Below, one piece after another: positions 8,190-16,779 of a stretch of DNA of 64,000 bases (the first letter of the stretch is position 1; each line of letters opens with the position of its first letter). Both the position numbers and the translations under genes were made by a program. The stretch comes from a virus (lineage: Duplodnaviria > Caudoviricetes): positions 32,001 through 96,000 of IMG/VR virus record IMGVR_UViG_3300031420_000495. One strand, 5' to 3'. The notes beneath the pieces are model-generated. The model was not told the origin of the DNA, ran no database searches, and was given only the letters and a program-made list of their open reading frames with translations.

Positions 8190-9044
8190 TTAGATACCGA
8201 GAACGTCGAAAATTTCGTCCGCGTCGATTCCTTCTACTTTGGCTTTCTTGACGAGGGCTTTCAAGTCTGCCTTCGTAAGTTCACCACTGTATTCTTTGCC
8301 GGTGGTTTGGATCGCGTTCACGACAGCTTGAGGCAGTGTGCTGGCGTTCAGCTTCTTGACGATGTTGGCCACAGTCAGTGCATTCGCATTACGCTGGCGA
8401 GACTTCTCGTCATAGTGAGCGATGGTAGCTTCGTTGACCATGCCGGCCATCTTCTTGATCTTGTCAAGCTTGCTGTCGAAACGGGTTGCCCAGGACATGA
8501 TTGACTTGAAGAAAGCTTTCGCACGTTCAATGATACCTTCTTCGAGAACTTCCTCGTTGACTTCTTTCGAAACAGTCAGGCGTTTGATCGGCGGCTTCGG
8601 TGGTACGATCGTCGTATACTTTTCAGTAATCATGTCGACGCGGCTTTGCAGCTCGTCTGGAATGAGTGCTGACAAAGCAGCGATGACTTTCTCATAGTCA
8701 ATCTGTTTTGTCGGTTCACCCTTCTGGACTTCCTTGGCCATCGTCAGCGTGAACTGCGCTGTTTCAACGACACGTGTAAGTACAACGTCTTCGGCATTGA
8801 AGTAGTCTTGGATGTCGCCCTTCAGACGAGTGTTGAGCGCATCGTGCTCTTCCTTCATCTTCTTGATGCTGGCGTCCAGGCGAGCGTAACGCCGGGCGAG
8901 CTTTGTCATGCTGGCGGATTCGGTTCCGCTCAGCTTTGCGGTCACACGGTCAAGTGCGCCTTTGACTTGCTTCTCAGTGTACTTCGCGCTGTCTTTGCGA
9001 GCCTCGAGTAAGACGAGATGTTCTTTGAATGTCGGATAGTTCAT
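8190..9044 (-). CDS. Hypothetical protein with leader MNYPTFKEHLVLLEA (putative internal head protein)
   Basis: 284 aa with internal VNEE/LEEG/VNEA sites. Directly downstream of a late promoter. Confidence 0.75.
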   Translation of the reverse strand: MNYPTFKEHLVLLEARKDSAKYTEKQVKGALDRVTAKLSGTESASMTKLARRYARLDASIKKMKEEHDALNTRLKGDIQDYFNAEDVVLTRVVETAQFTLTMAKEVQKGEPTKQIDYEKVIAALSALIPDELQSRVDMITEKYTTIVPPKPPIKRLTVSKEVNEEVLEEGIIERAKAFFKSIMSWATRFDSKLDKIKKMAGMVNEATIAHYDEKSRQRNANALTVANIVKKLNASTLPQAVVNAIQTTGKEYSGELTKADLKALVKKAKVEGIDADEIFDVLGI

Positions 9045-9067
9045 GGAATTCCAGGGTGATAGAGCAA

Positions 9068-9104
9068 TTTCTTATTTAGCAGCTAATGCTATAATTTTCT
9101 GCGT
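9068..9104 (+). repeat. Dispersed 36-37 bp intergenic element, copy 1; contains minus-strand late promoter GCTAAATA (9080-9073)
   Basis: tttcttatttagCAGCTAATGCTATaattttctgcgt; matches 28893-28928 and reverse-complemented 53159-53194. Confidence 0.8.
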
Positions 9105-9310
9105 TATCCGTTTAGTTGCTGCTTACCCGCTGTCCTCGATTGATTTTCCCACATGCGTTGTGCGGAAATCAGTTCTGACATCTTGAATGTTTTGCCATTG
9201 AAAACCCAATGGCTTCCACGTCCTTCGAGTGTGAGTCCGCGCACGGATGCCTTCAGCGCTTCGAGTTCGCCTGGTGTCAGGGACGAGATTGGTGTGTATT
9301 CTACGAGCAT
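9104..9310 (-). CDS. Small hypothetical protein (MLVEYTPISS...)
   Basis: 68 aa. SD AAGGA precedes ATG 9310, one base after the upstream stop. Confidence 0.65.
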   Translation of the reverse strand: MLVEYTPISSLTPGELEALKASVRGLTLEGRGSHWVFNGKTFKMSELISAQRMWENQSRTAGKQQLNG

Positions 9311-9311
9311 G

Positions 9312-9791
9312 TTATTTCCTTTCAGTTGACGCTGATATGTCTGAAAATTGATATGATCCTGGCGGCAGCGCAGGTTGTGACGACTTGATTGCAAGATGCT
9401 TATATCCCACAACGACCTTGTGGGATGCAGCGCGACTCGGTGATGCGTAGTCAAGTGAGAACAGATGCGACTTGGTTTCCAGACAGGTAAATTGCATCTG
9501 AGAAATGACGCCTTCGCCACCATCCATTGCCTGAATGATAATCGCTGTAGGGCGTTGAACCAGGGACTGCAACAGTTCCAGGACTTCACCTGTGGCTGGT
9601 TGTTCAATCGTGAATGCCAGTTGCTTGTTCTTGAAATCAGTATCGATGCTGACGATTTGTGCCGTCAACTCAAGATTGTCTTCGATCCCGAAATCAGACG
9701 AACTGAATAGAACACGAAACTTGTTTTCAAGCAATGGCATCAAGATGCCTGCTGCTGTGCCTGGAATACCAAAATTTGATATAGATGCCAT
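9312..9791 (-). CDS. Tail tube (gp19-like) paralog
   Basis: MASISNFGIPG...LMPLLENKFRVLF...AMDGG...LDYAS follows the pattern of jumbo-phage tube proteins. Confidence 0.55.
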   Translation of the reverse strand: MASISNFGIPGTAAGILMPLLENKFRVLFSSSDFGIEDNLELTAQIVSIDTDFKNKQLAFTIEQPATGEVLELLQSLVQRPTAIIIQAMDGGEGVISQMQFTCLETKSHLFSLDYASPSRAASHKVVVGYKHLAIKSSQPALPPGSYQFSDISASTERK

Positions 9792-9800
9792 AGTGTTTCC

Positions 9801-10397
9801 TTATTGAATTATGCCTGAGTATCGTGGATTCAACTGCGAGTCGGCCCACTCAGGAATAAAGCCGAGATTGGATCGGAAGAACAGAACTTCCCAGTTCGAT
9901 GCTGATGCGGTTCCGAGCTTGCTCAGCTTCGGGCGGACGATGATGAACTTGACCGTTTCAGGATCATTCAAACCCTTCACGATGATCGGCATGTCGAGCC
10001 CGATGATCCGAACTTCGGTCTCCGGTCCAAACTGCTTCAGTTCAAAGGCCGGAGCAGGTAACTGGATCGAATGGATCGTGGACGGGTGCGGAGCTGGCAA
10101 CGACCGTTGGCCCTTGTGCGTCTCGCAGAATCTCATGACCGCATGCAACATCGCGTTGTACGAGAAATCATTCATTCCGCCTTGCTTGACGAGCTGTTTG
10201 ATAGTTTCACGGTCTGGCACATGATAGCCATTGCCCGCGTTTCGTTGCCTGGCGTTGTACGGACCCAGGAAATTGTCGAGTGCTTGATGAACCCTGAAGT
10301 GTGCTGCGACCATGCTTTCCAGGTCGCTGTAATCTTTGGAATTGGCTGGACGGCGCGCGTCGAGGCGCACACTCCAGCGTGGTAGTGTGTCAGTCAT
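9801..10397 (-). CDS. Hypothetical protein (MTDTLPRW...)
   Basis: 198 aa with typical codon usage, between the resolvase and the tube-like gene. Confidence 0.7.
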   Translation of the reverse strand: MTDTLPRWSVRLDARRPANSKDYSDLESMVAAHFRVHQALDNFLGPYNARQRNAGNGYHVPDRETIKQLVKQGGMNDFSYNAMLHAVMRFCETHKGQRSLPAPHPSTIHSIQLPAPAFELKQFGPETEVRIIGLDMPIIVKGLNDPETVKFIIVRPKLSKLGTASASNWEVLFFRSNLGFIPEWADSQLNPRYSGIIQ

Positions 10398-10401
10398 GAT
10401 T

Positions 10402-10953
10402 TTATTTCGGTGATACCCAGAACTCTGGATGCTTGATAAGTTCTTCGAACTCGTAGATGTCAATGTGCCTGCCAGGTTTGCAGAGCGTCAATGACGGCTG
10501 TGCGATGCCTTCCATGGTGCGAGCCAGGACTGCAACGAAGATTGGTGTGTGGTTCCACTTGAAGATGAGGACAGGTTCGCGACCGATCTTTGCCGAGTCG
10601 ACGACTGATTCTTCGAACCATTTGAATACGTTTGCCGCACCCGATACGAGGGACGTGAAGTTGTCCGTGGTCGCATACGATTTGCACTCGATCGAGTAAT
10701 GGAAACGATAGCCGACCACGTTCTCATTGACTGGAACGACGTCGGCATTGAATAGCTTGAGCGCTTCTTCGCCCATCATGGCACCGATGGTCGCCATGTT
10801 CTTCCCGCCGACACGAGCGCCGGAACCTGGGGAACGAATGAAGTTGATTGGGAGTGCTGCTGAGAGTTTCTTCGCGATCAGGGATTCGAATGCGTTACCC
10901 TTGCTCTTACCCATTCCTGGTTTGAGCGTGCGTTTTGGTTTTGCGTCTGGCAT
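10402..10953 (-). CDS. Holliday junction resolvase (PD-(D/E)xK)
   Basis: KSKGNAFE...RSPGSGA...AD...IECKSY motif set. SD GGAGG. Confidence 0.8.
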   Translation of the reverse strand: MPDAKPKRTLKPGMGKSKGNAFESLIAKKLSAALPINFIRSPGSGARVGGKNMATIGAMMGEEALKLFNADVVPVNENVVGYRFHYSIECKSYATTDNFTSLVSGAANVFKWFEESVVDSAKIGREPVLIFKWNHTPIFVAVLARTMEGIAQPSLTLCKPGRHIDIYEFEELIKHPEFWVSPK

Positions 10954-10980
10954 ATAAAGGACCTCCGTATGGTGATCCTC

Positions 10981-10988
10981 TATTTACT
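10981..10988 (-). promoter_or_regulatory. Late promoter AGTAAATA(gaggatca)
   Basis: Upstream of the resolvase; 16-nt identity with 12851-12866. Confidence 0.65.
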
Positions 10989-11030
10989 GTTGTCAGATTG
11001 TCAGTCGTCTAGGCCCTACACGTTCATTGC

Positions 11031-11846
11031 TTAGATTGCTCCGGTAATTTCAACAATTCCAGGCGATCCAGAAGCAGCACTTGTCACAGACACTGCGTTG
11101 AATGCATCAGACGCTGAATAATTGTATCCAGGTCCACCACCAGGCGAAACTGCATCATCCGCCGCAAGACCACCAGGCCAACCGCCATACACGTTTTTAC
11201 CAACCCTTGTAAAACTTGTGGTTGCGATGCCGGTGTTATTTTGAAATCCTGTTGTCAGCCATCCTTCAATACCAGATGGCGATGTGCTTCGTGGCGCATA
11301 GGTTGTAGAATATGTGGTACCTGTTGTCTTTTTACCTTGATAAATCGAGTCATTACCACCGCCACTACCGTTTGCAAGAGCCAGCACTGTCCATTTACGG
11401 CTGTTCCATGTGACCTTGCCCGCCGCGTCTGCATACATCACAAGCGAAAATCCTCCGCCACCGCCAGCTGTTCCGTCGCCGGCAACTGTTGTATAATCGA
11501 TGTATCCGCCATTTCCGGCATAGAATACAACGTCAGTTCCTGCTGGCAAGGCTGGTGAGACAACATTGCTTAACTCTGTTGGCACACCTGGCAAAGAGCC
11601 ACCGTTACCTGTTGTGCCACAACCACCGCGAACTCGTACTGTAATTGGACCCGCAGCTTTTGTAGTAACCAGCATTAGATTTGGGGTTCCAGTGAGAACA
11701 CCCGAACTTTGAATCGGCGTAGTGTTCACGCGTTGATTTTGTACTGGTGAAGCAACGCGGCTGCTTCCCGAAGCGCCCTGCCAAGAAGCAGTTACAACAT
11801 TCCCAGTTGATTTTATAGCATTGGATTGAACACAAATAAGAGGCAT
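11031..11846 (-). CDS. Glycine/threonine-rich protein, fibre/adhesin-like
   Basis: GGCG, AGNGG, GGGGG and GSGGG motifs. Codons end in A/T more often than in neighbours. Starts one base after the upstream stop. Confidence 0.6.
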   Translation of the reverse strand: MPLICVQSNAIKSTGNVVTASWQGASGSSRVASPVQNQRVNTTPIQSSGVLTGTPNLMLVTTKAAGPITVRVRGGCGTTGNGGSLPGVPTELSNVVSPALPAGTDVVFYAGNGGYIDYTTVAGDGTAGGGGGFSLVMYADAAGKVTWNSRKWTVLALANGSGGGNDSIYQGKKTTGTTYSTTYAPRSTSPSGIEGWLTTGFQNNTGIATTSFTRVGKNVYGGWPGGLAADDAVSPGGGPGYNYSASDAFNAVSVTSAASGSPGIVEITGAI

Positions 11847-11847
11847 A

Positions 11848-12339
11848 TCATGATCCAGTCTTTTTCACATACTGATTCGCGAAGTAGTTTGCCTTCTCGA
11901 CTGTGTACGTAAATTCGTCGCCATTGTCCTGACGGAGCATGAAGTCGCCTTTGGACAACTTGACAGTTTGTCCACCGGCTGCATCAGGGTCAGCTGTTGC
12001 GCTCAGCGTAACTTTGACAGGATCGCCATTGTACCGGAACGCATCGTAGACGTCGCCAGAACGGTATGTCACAAAACCTTCGGCATCAGGCTGCTGATTC
12101 GGACGCATCGGAGCGAAAGACGCATCAAGGTCTTCTTGACTCATTGTACCATAAGTCTTGCGTTTCCCTCGATCATCATACAACACCTCGTACGTTCCAC
12201 GCTTGCCTTCGATCGGGCGAACGTAGTAGACGGTTGTCGTGATGAACTGTGCAGAATCGCCTTCGTTCTCAGACCACAGTTCTTCTGCGGTCCGAGTCGG
12301 AATGGGTTCTTCAAACAGCTTGATTTCGGATAATTTCAT
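11848..12339 (-). CDS. Hypothetical protein with leader MKLSEIKLFEE
   Basis: 163 aa; ATGA-coupled to the upstream gene. Confidence 0.75.
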   Translation of the reverse strand: MKLSEIKLFEEPIPTRTAEELWSENEGDSAQFITTTVYYVRPIEGKRGTYEVLYDDRGKRKTYGTMSQEDLDASFAPMRPNQQPDAEGFVTYRSGDVYDAFRYNGDPVKVTLSATADPDAAGGQTVKLSKGDFMLRQDNGDEFTYTVEKANYFANQYVKKTGS

Positions 12340-12833
12340 TCGTGGTATTTCCTGCCTTCACGACGAGCAGCATTCTTTTCACGCCAAGCTTCGCCTGCGT
12401 CCTTGTTGTCGAAAATGTCTCGCGCTTCTTTGTATGCATCCATGTACGGCTTGACGCTGTCCTTGCCGAACGACTTTTCGATCTGTGCTTTGGACAATGC
12501 TGGATGTCCCTTTGAACCTGCCGACTTCGCCAGCTTGATCGCAGCACGATCAGCACCACCGGCTTCGTTCAGGTCTTGATCTTCTTTCATCGCGGCCGTT
12601 TTCTGGGCAATGCGGGAACGACGATCATCGCCTTCTGCATCTTTGCCATCGAACTCGCGCTTGCCTTCTTTGTAGCCTTCGGAATATGGACCCCATGCTT
12701 GAGGGCCCAGATTCTTTTCGATGGTCTCACGTTTCGCGATTGGCTTACCAGCACGGCCGGTAGAACGGCCAAGGTCCATTGCTTTGCGTTCTTGGCCGCT
12801 CAGTGCTTCGAGAAGTTCTTGTAACAGTTTCAT
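12336..12833 (-). CDS. Hypothetical protein with leader MKLLQELLEA and two internal repeats
   Basis: Two ~55-aa repeats (..IEK..G.....PY...YKE....FD.KDA) separated by DLNEA. Confidence 0.8.
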   Translation of the reverse strand: MKLLQELLEALSGQERKAMDLGRSTGRAGKPIAKRETIEKNLGPQAWGPYSEGYKEGKREFDGKDAEGDDRRSRIAQKTAAMKEDQDLNEAGGADRAAIKLAKSAGSKGHPALSKAQIEKSFGKDSVKPYMDAYKEARDIFDNKDAGEAWREKNAARREGRKYHE

Positions 12834-12858
12834 ATTGTTCCTCCAGTAAATGATCCTC

Positions 12859-12866
12859 TATTTACT
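12859..12866 (-). promoter_or_regulatory. Late promoter AGTAAATA, overlapping the gp46 stop
   Basis: Motif lies 26 nt upstream of ATG 12833; SD GGAGG between. Confidence 0.7.
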
Positions 12867-14598
12867 CGGAAACTACAGAACTAAATCCATTCTCTTTGAC
12901 GATCTTCAAATCGTGGTCCAAACGGCCCTGAATCGATGGGCTGTGTGAGATAACGAACACCGACATGTTTTCTGTTCTGGACTTGTCCTTCAGGATTTTC
13001 ACGATCGATTCGATGCCCTGAACGTCAAGTGCGCCGTCCAGCTCGTCGATCATGAGCAGGTTCGTTTTGGCGTGCAAGTGGTGGAGGACGTCTCGGAAAG
13101 CCAGAGCCATCGCCGTATTGACACGTTTCTTCTCACCAGCCGACAGGTTTCCGAAGTCGAGTTCTCGACCGAATTCAGCAACCGTACATGACATATCAGC
13201 ATCGAATTTTACCACGTGGGGAAGACCCAAAGCATTCGTGTAATAATTGAGCCGTTCGTTCAGGAACGGAATCGACATGTTGATGATGCGTCGACGCACA
13301 AACGAGTGCTTGTCTGTGAGCAACTTCAGCAGGAATTGCTGGTGATCCAGACGGCGACGCAGCTTATCGACTTTCGTCGTATCAACGTTGTCACAACCTT
13401 CTGCGATCAGTTTCTCATGGGCTTCGGTGTGCGGATTGCTGGCGAGCGATAGCTCTTCGGCTTTCTTGCGGAGCACGGTCGAATTGGTGCGCGCATCGAT
13501 CAGTTCGTTCAGGTCAGTGTGCTTGATGAGCTTATTGACCTCGCCCAGACGATTCTTCCGAATATCTTCTTCAGCTTCCAGTGTCGAGATGTTCTCTTCA
13601 ACTTCAGCAAGTCGCGAGGACTTTTCTTCAAGAGCGGATACAATCCCGATCAGTTTGGCCGGAGCATCGACGAAAGGCTGCGTGCAGTACGGACACTGGG
13701 CATCTTCCAGATGAATCTTTTCCTTTGTCAGACGAGCAACATCGGAAGTCAGGATTGAACGATCCTTGCGAGCCGGCAACAGTTTCGCCGCGAGGTAAGC
13801 ACCACGCTGACTCAGCTGATTCTTCTCGTCATGCAGAGCTTGTTCGCCTTCGAAATCCACCTCGGCAATCTTCGCCAGGGTTTCATTGATGTCTGCGATT
13901 TCCTGAAGTCGATTCTCTTCCCAGCGTTTGACGCGTGCCGCAGCTTCGCGAACATGCTTCTTGTGCAGGTCGAGTGCAACCTCTTGTTGCTTGACGACAG
14001 CTTCGGCGATCTTGATGTCGGCTTCGGTTGTCTTGATCTTTTCTTTCAGGTTCTTCGCTTTGTCCGACAGCATGGTGATCTTGAACAACTCTTCGATCTG
14101 TGAACGTTGTGCTGCAATTGGGAGCTGAAGAAAAGCCGGGGAGTTACCTGAGAAAATAATGGTTTTGGTAAACAGTTCGTACGAAATCCCGATGATGTCC
14201 AGGATCATGTCGTCTGTTTCGTAGACTCCTTTGCCAGGTGTGATGTCTTCGCCATCGCGCCGAACTTCGATGCGGTATTCTTCACCGCGTGCGCGATAGA
14301 TGTCATACTCGACCCCGTCCTTTTCGAATATCAGACGGACTTCCATCTGCGTATTCTTTGTGGCATTGGTCGAGTTAATCAGTCTTTGCAGGGAGATATT
14401 GTCGAACGGCTTGTTGTATAATGCATAGCAAAGCGCGTTGATGATCGTGGTCTTGCCAGCTCCGTTGGAGCCACCTTTGTCCAGATTCTGGCCGGTGACT
14501 TCAACGGTTCCCTGGCCGTCCAGTTCGATAACGCTTTCGACGTTACCGAAGGACAGCATGTTCCTGATTGAAATACTTTTGAAGATGAGTGGTGTCAT
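12862..14598 (-). CDS. gp46: Recombination endonuclease ATPase subunit (SbcC/Rad50-like)
   Basis: Walker A GGSNGAGKT, zinc hook CPYC, signature LSAGE, Walker B LMIDE, H-loop ISH. Confidence 0.95.
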   Translation of the reverse strand: MTPLIFKSISIRNMLSFGNVESVIELDGQGTVEVTGQNLDKGGSNGAGKTTIINALCYALYNKPFDNISLQRLINSTNATKNTQMEVRLIFEKDGVEYDIYRARGEEYRIEVRRDGEDITPGKGVYETDDMILDIIGISYELFTKTIIFSGNSPAFLQLPIAAQRSQIEELFKITMLSDKAKNLKEKIKTTEADIKIAEAVVKQQEVALDLHKKHVREAAARVKRWEENRLQEIADINETLAKIAEVDFEGEQALHDEKNQLSQRGAYLAAKLLPARKDRSILTSDVARLTKEKIHLEDAQCPYCTQPFVDAPAKLIGIVSALEEKSSRLAEVEENISTLEAEEDIRKNRLGEVNKLIKHTDLNELIDARTNSTVLRKKAEELSLASNPHTEAHEKLIAEGCDNVDTTKVDKLRRRLDHQQFLLKLLTDKHSFVRRRIINMSIPFLNERLNYYTNALGLPHVVKFDADMSCTVAEFGRELDFGNLSAGEKKRVNTAMALAFRDVLHHLHAKTNLLMIDELDGALDVQGIESIVKILKDKSRTENMSVFVISHSPSIQGRLDHDLKIVKENGFSSVVSE

Positions 14599-15083
14599 TT
14601 ATGAACGTAGGGAGCAACGACCAAGTCTTTTGTCATTTCATCCGCCAAGCGATTGACGATTTCTTTTGACAGCAACTGGTCGTAAAATTGACTATGAGCA
14701 ATTATACCACGTTGCACTAGCTCAACAGTTTGTCTTATTTCAACGTCAGAAAGAGGCGCTGCTGGTGGAAAGTTCTCTGCACTGATTGGATACACGTCTT
14801 TGAAATAGTCGATGTCCATCTTGACATGATTGACGCATACTGGTTCATCGTACACGCCTTCATCGCAGCATGCATCTTCGCCCCAGTCGCCATCATCTTC
14901 TGGCCACTCGTCACCTGATGCAACGATTTCCGGGCCGTCATCCGATTCAGAATCGCAGCTGTCTTCACCATAGCCATAATAGCTGTACAGGGTATTGACG
15001 GCTTCGTCGAATGGTACGCCATTGAAGTCGAAGACTCCTTCGTCTCCGACTTTGCGTTCTGTTTTACGTGATGTGATTTTCAT
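14595..15083 (-). CDS. Acidic hypothetical protein between gp47 and gp46
   Basis: ATGA overlaps at both ends; D/E/C-rich middle. Confidence 0.65.
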   Translation of the reverse strand: MKITSRKTERKVGDEGVFDFNGVPFDEAVNTLYSYYGYGEDSCDSESDDGPEIVASGDEWPEDDGDWGEDACCDEGVYDEPVCVNHVKMDIDYFKDVYPISAENFPPAAPLSDVEIRQTVELVQRGIIAHSQFYDQLLSKEIVNRLADEMTKDLVVAPYVHK

Positions 15084-16147
15084 AGTTCCTCGTATAGTTC
15101 AATCAATGTTGCTGGGTCAATTGTTGGTGAAGGGCTTACGCCTTCGGTGATGAGCTGTCGTACTGTGTTGTCCAGGGACGAAAGATCAAGGTCGCCATCA
15201 ACGATGTCAAGGCCTTCCGTAATCATTTCCTTCCGGGCAACTTGATCCTCTTCAACCGAGAACTCCCGGAGATTCAGACCCTTTATCATCTCGTCGCGCA
15301 GAGCCTGCACGTCCGAGTAACCAATGTCCATGTCCAGAACGCAGCGGACACGAGCTTTTGCTGGGAACTCCGATTCACCACCGACAACACGTGTCAGACG
15401 AGTTTTGAAGAACAGCGGTGCGCCTTCCCAGTCGTGGAAGTAGACTTCATCGTTTGCAACGTCGAAGACTGCCATGCCACGAGCATCGTCACCAGCATCG
15501 CCGAAGTTTGTCGGGAATGTGTTGCCGATGTAGATAATGTTTCCATTCACCTGACGTTTGTGGTAGTGACCAGAGAAGATGTACTTCGGAGCCGCGAAGT
15601 CAGAAGCATCCGGACCGTGTTCCATCACACGCGTGTCGCCAGTGACGACGAAGTTACGGAACTCGAAGTGACCCATCACATACTTGTGGTCGTTGATGTC
15701 TTTCACCAGACCTGGATATTCTGCCCTGAACATGTACGGGGCCACGAACCAATCCTTGTTCAATTCAATCGGTTCGGAAACCAGAAGGAAGTTCTCAAGA
15801 TCGCGGAAGATGTCAGTCGAGAAAATGGTACGATCTTGGCGGTGATACAGATCGTGATTTCCGACGATCCAGATAATCGGGATGCCAAGGGCATTCAGCT
15901 TACGGCAACCTTCTGCTGCGCGGTCCATTGTTCGCACGTTGATCGCATTGCGGTTCTCGAAGAAGTCGCCCAGGAACGCGATGTGTGATGGCTTCTCTTC
16001 TTTCACCTTTTCGATAAACCAATCGATATATTCGAGGCAATCGAGATTGTGTTGGTCAGAGTTATTACGTGCACCGAAGTGGATGTCCGTGAACATGGCC
16101 AGCTTGGTGATCTTGTTAAATTTAGATAATGTAGAAGTCACTTTCAT
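15080..16147 (-). CDS. gp47: Recombination endonuclease nuclease subunit (SbcD/Mre11-like)
   Basis: Metallophosphoesterase motifs DIHFG, GDFF, GNHD, GHFE, SGHYH. Confidence 0.95.
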   Translation of the reverse strand: MKVTSTLSKFNKITKLAMFTDIHFGARNNSDQHNLDCLEYIDWFIEKVKEEKPSHIAFLGDFFENRNAINVRTMDRAAEGCRKLNALGIPIIWIVGNHDLYHRQDRTIFSTDIFRDLENFLLVSEPIELNKDWFVAPYMFRAEYPGLVKDINDHKYVMGHFEFRNFVVTGDTRVMEHGPDASDFAAPKYIFSGHYHKRQVNGNIIYIGNTFPTNFGDAGDDARGMAVFDVANDEVYFHDWEGAPLFFKTRLTRVVGGESEFPAKARVRCVLDMDIGYSDVQALRDEMIKGLNLREFSVEEDQVARKEMITEGLDIVDGDLDLSSLDNTVRQLITEGVSPSPTIDPATLIELYEEL

Positions 16148-16639
16148 TTACTCGTCCCTGGACGTGGTACGGAATGCGGTGTCATCAGAATTCAACGAGG
16201 ACCTGTTACGTTCCTGGAAAGAGAATGATGGGTTTGCGCCGGCATCAACCAACATTTGATCGCGAATATCGCGCTGCTTTTTCTCGTCTGCAAGATATTG
16301 CAAGAATGACCTGTAAGCCGCAGTCGTGTAGAAGGCAAATGGATTATCGGATTTCTCGGGATCGAACTTGTGCCAATTGGCGCAGAGGTTAACCACCGCG
16401 AAGGATACCATATCTTCTCGGAAAGTGTATTGACCGAATGATGGAATGAACGAATAACGTTCGGCAATCATGTAAAGCATTCGGGCTAACTCAGGGCTCA
16501 ACTTGTTACCATTTGCCTTGTCTTTCGCGATGGCTTCCATCAGCTGGGCATTTGTAACGTAGTGTGTTTTTGTACTACCGGTCGATTTTGCTCGCTTAGC
16601 GGGCGTGGTTTTTTGATGGACAGTTGGTTTCGTCGTCAT
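16148..16639 (-). CDS. gp55: Late-transcription sigma factor
   Basis: HYVTN...IAERYS...F..Y.FREDM....V.N.....FDPEKS.NPFA.YT.....SF. Confidence 0.9.
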   Translation of the reverse strand: MTTKPTVHQKTTPAKRAKSTGSTKTHYVTNAQLMEAIAKDKANGNKLSPELARMLYMIAERYSFIPSFGQYTFREDMVSFAVVNLCANWHKFDPEKSDNPFAFYTTAAYRSFLQYLADEKKQRDIRDQMLVDAGANPSFSFQERNRSSLNSDDTAFRTTSRDE

Positions 16640-16685
16640 GGTATTTCCTTTCCTGCAATGCAGGTGTTATCAACGACGTAATGCT

Positions 16686-16714
16686 ACTATACCAGAATTA
16701 TTGACACTTTGCAA
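16686..16714 (-). promoter_or_regulatory. sigma70-type promoter for gp55 (TTGCAA-17-TATAGT)
   Basis: -35 at 16714-16709, -10 at 16691-16686, spacer exactly 17 nt. Confidence 0.65.
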
Positions 16715-16748
16715 ACTTTTTTGTGAATCAGCGGGTTCAGCCCGTATC

Positions 16749-16756
16749 CATAAATA
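16749..16756 (+). promoter_or_regulatory. Late promoter CATAAATA
   Basis: Upstream of ATG 16780. Confidence 0.7.
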
Positions 16757-16779
16757 TCCAACTAACGTAGAGGCAAGAC

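Noticed and set aside
9801-10397. Possible IS200/IS605 TnpB-like N-terminal fragment
   Set aside because: No RuvC or zinc-finger motifs and no transposon ends are visible; the resemblance is too weak.
16701-16706. Perfect TTGACA on the + strand upstream of 16780
   Set aside because: No -10 at 16-18 nt spacing; it lies in the spacer of the minus-strand gp55 promoter.
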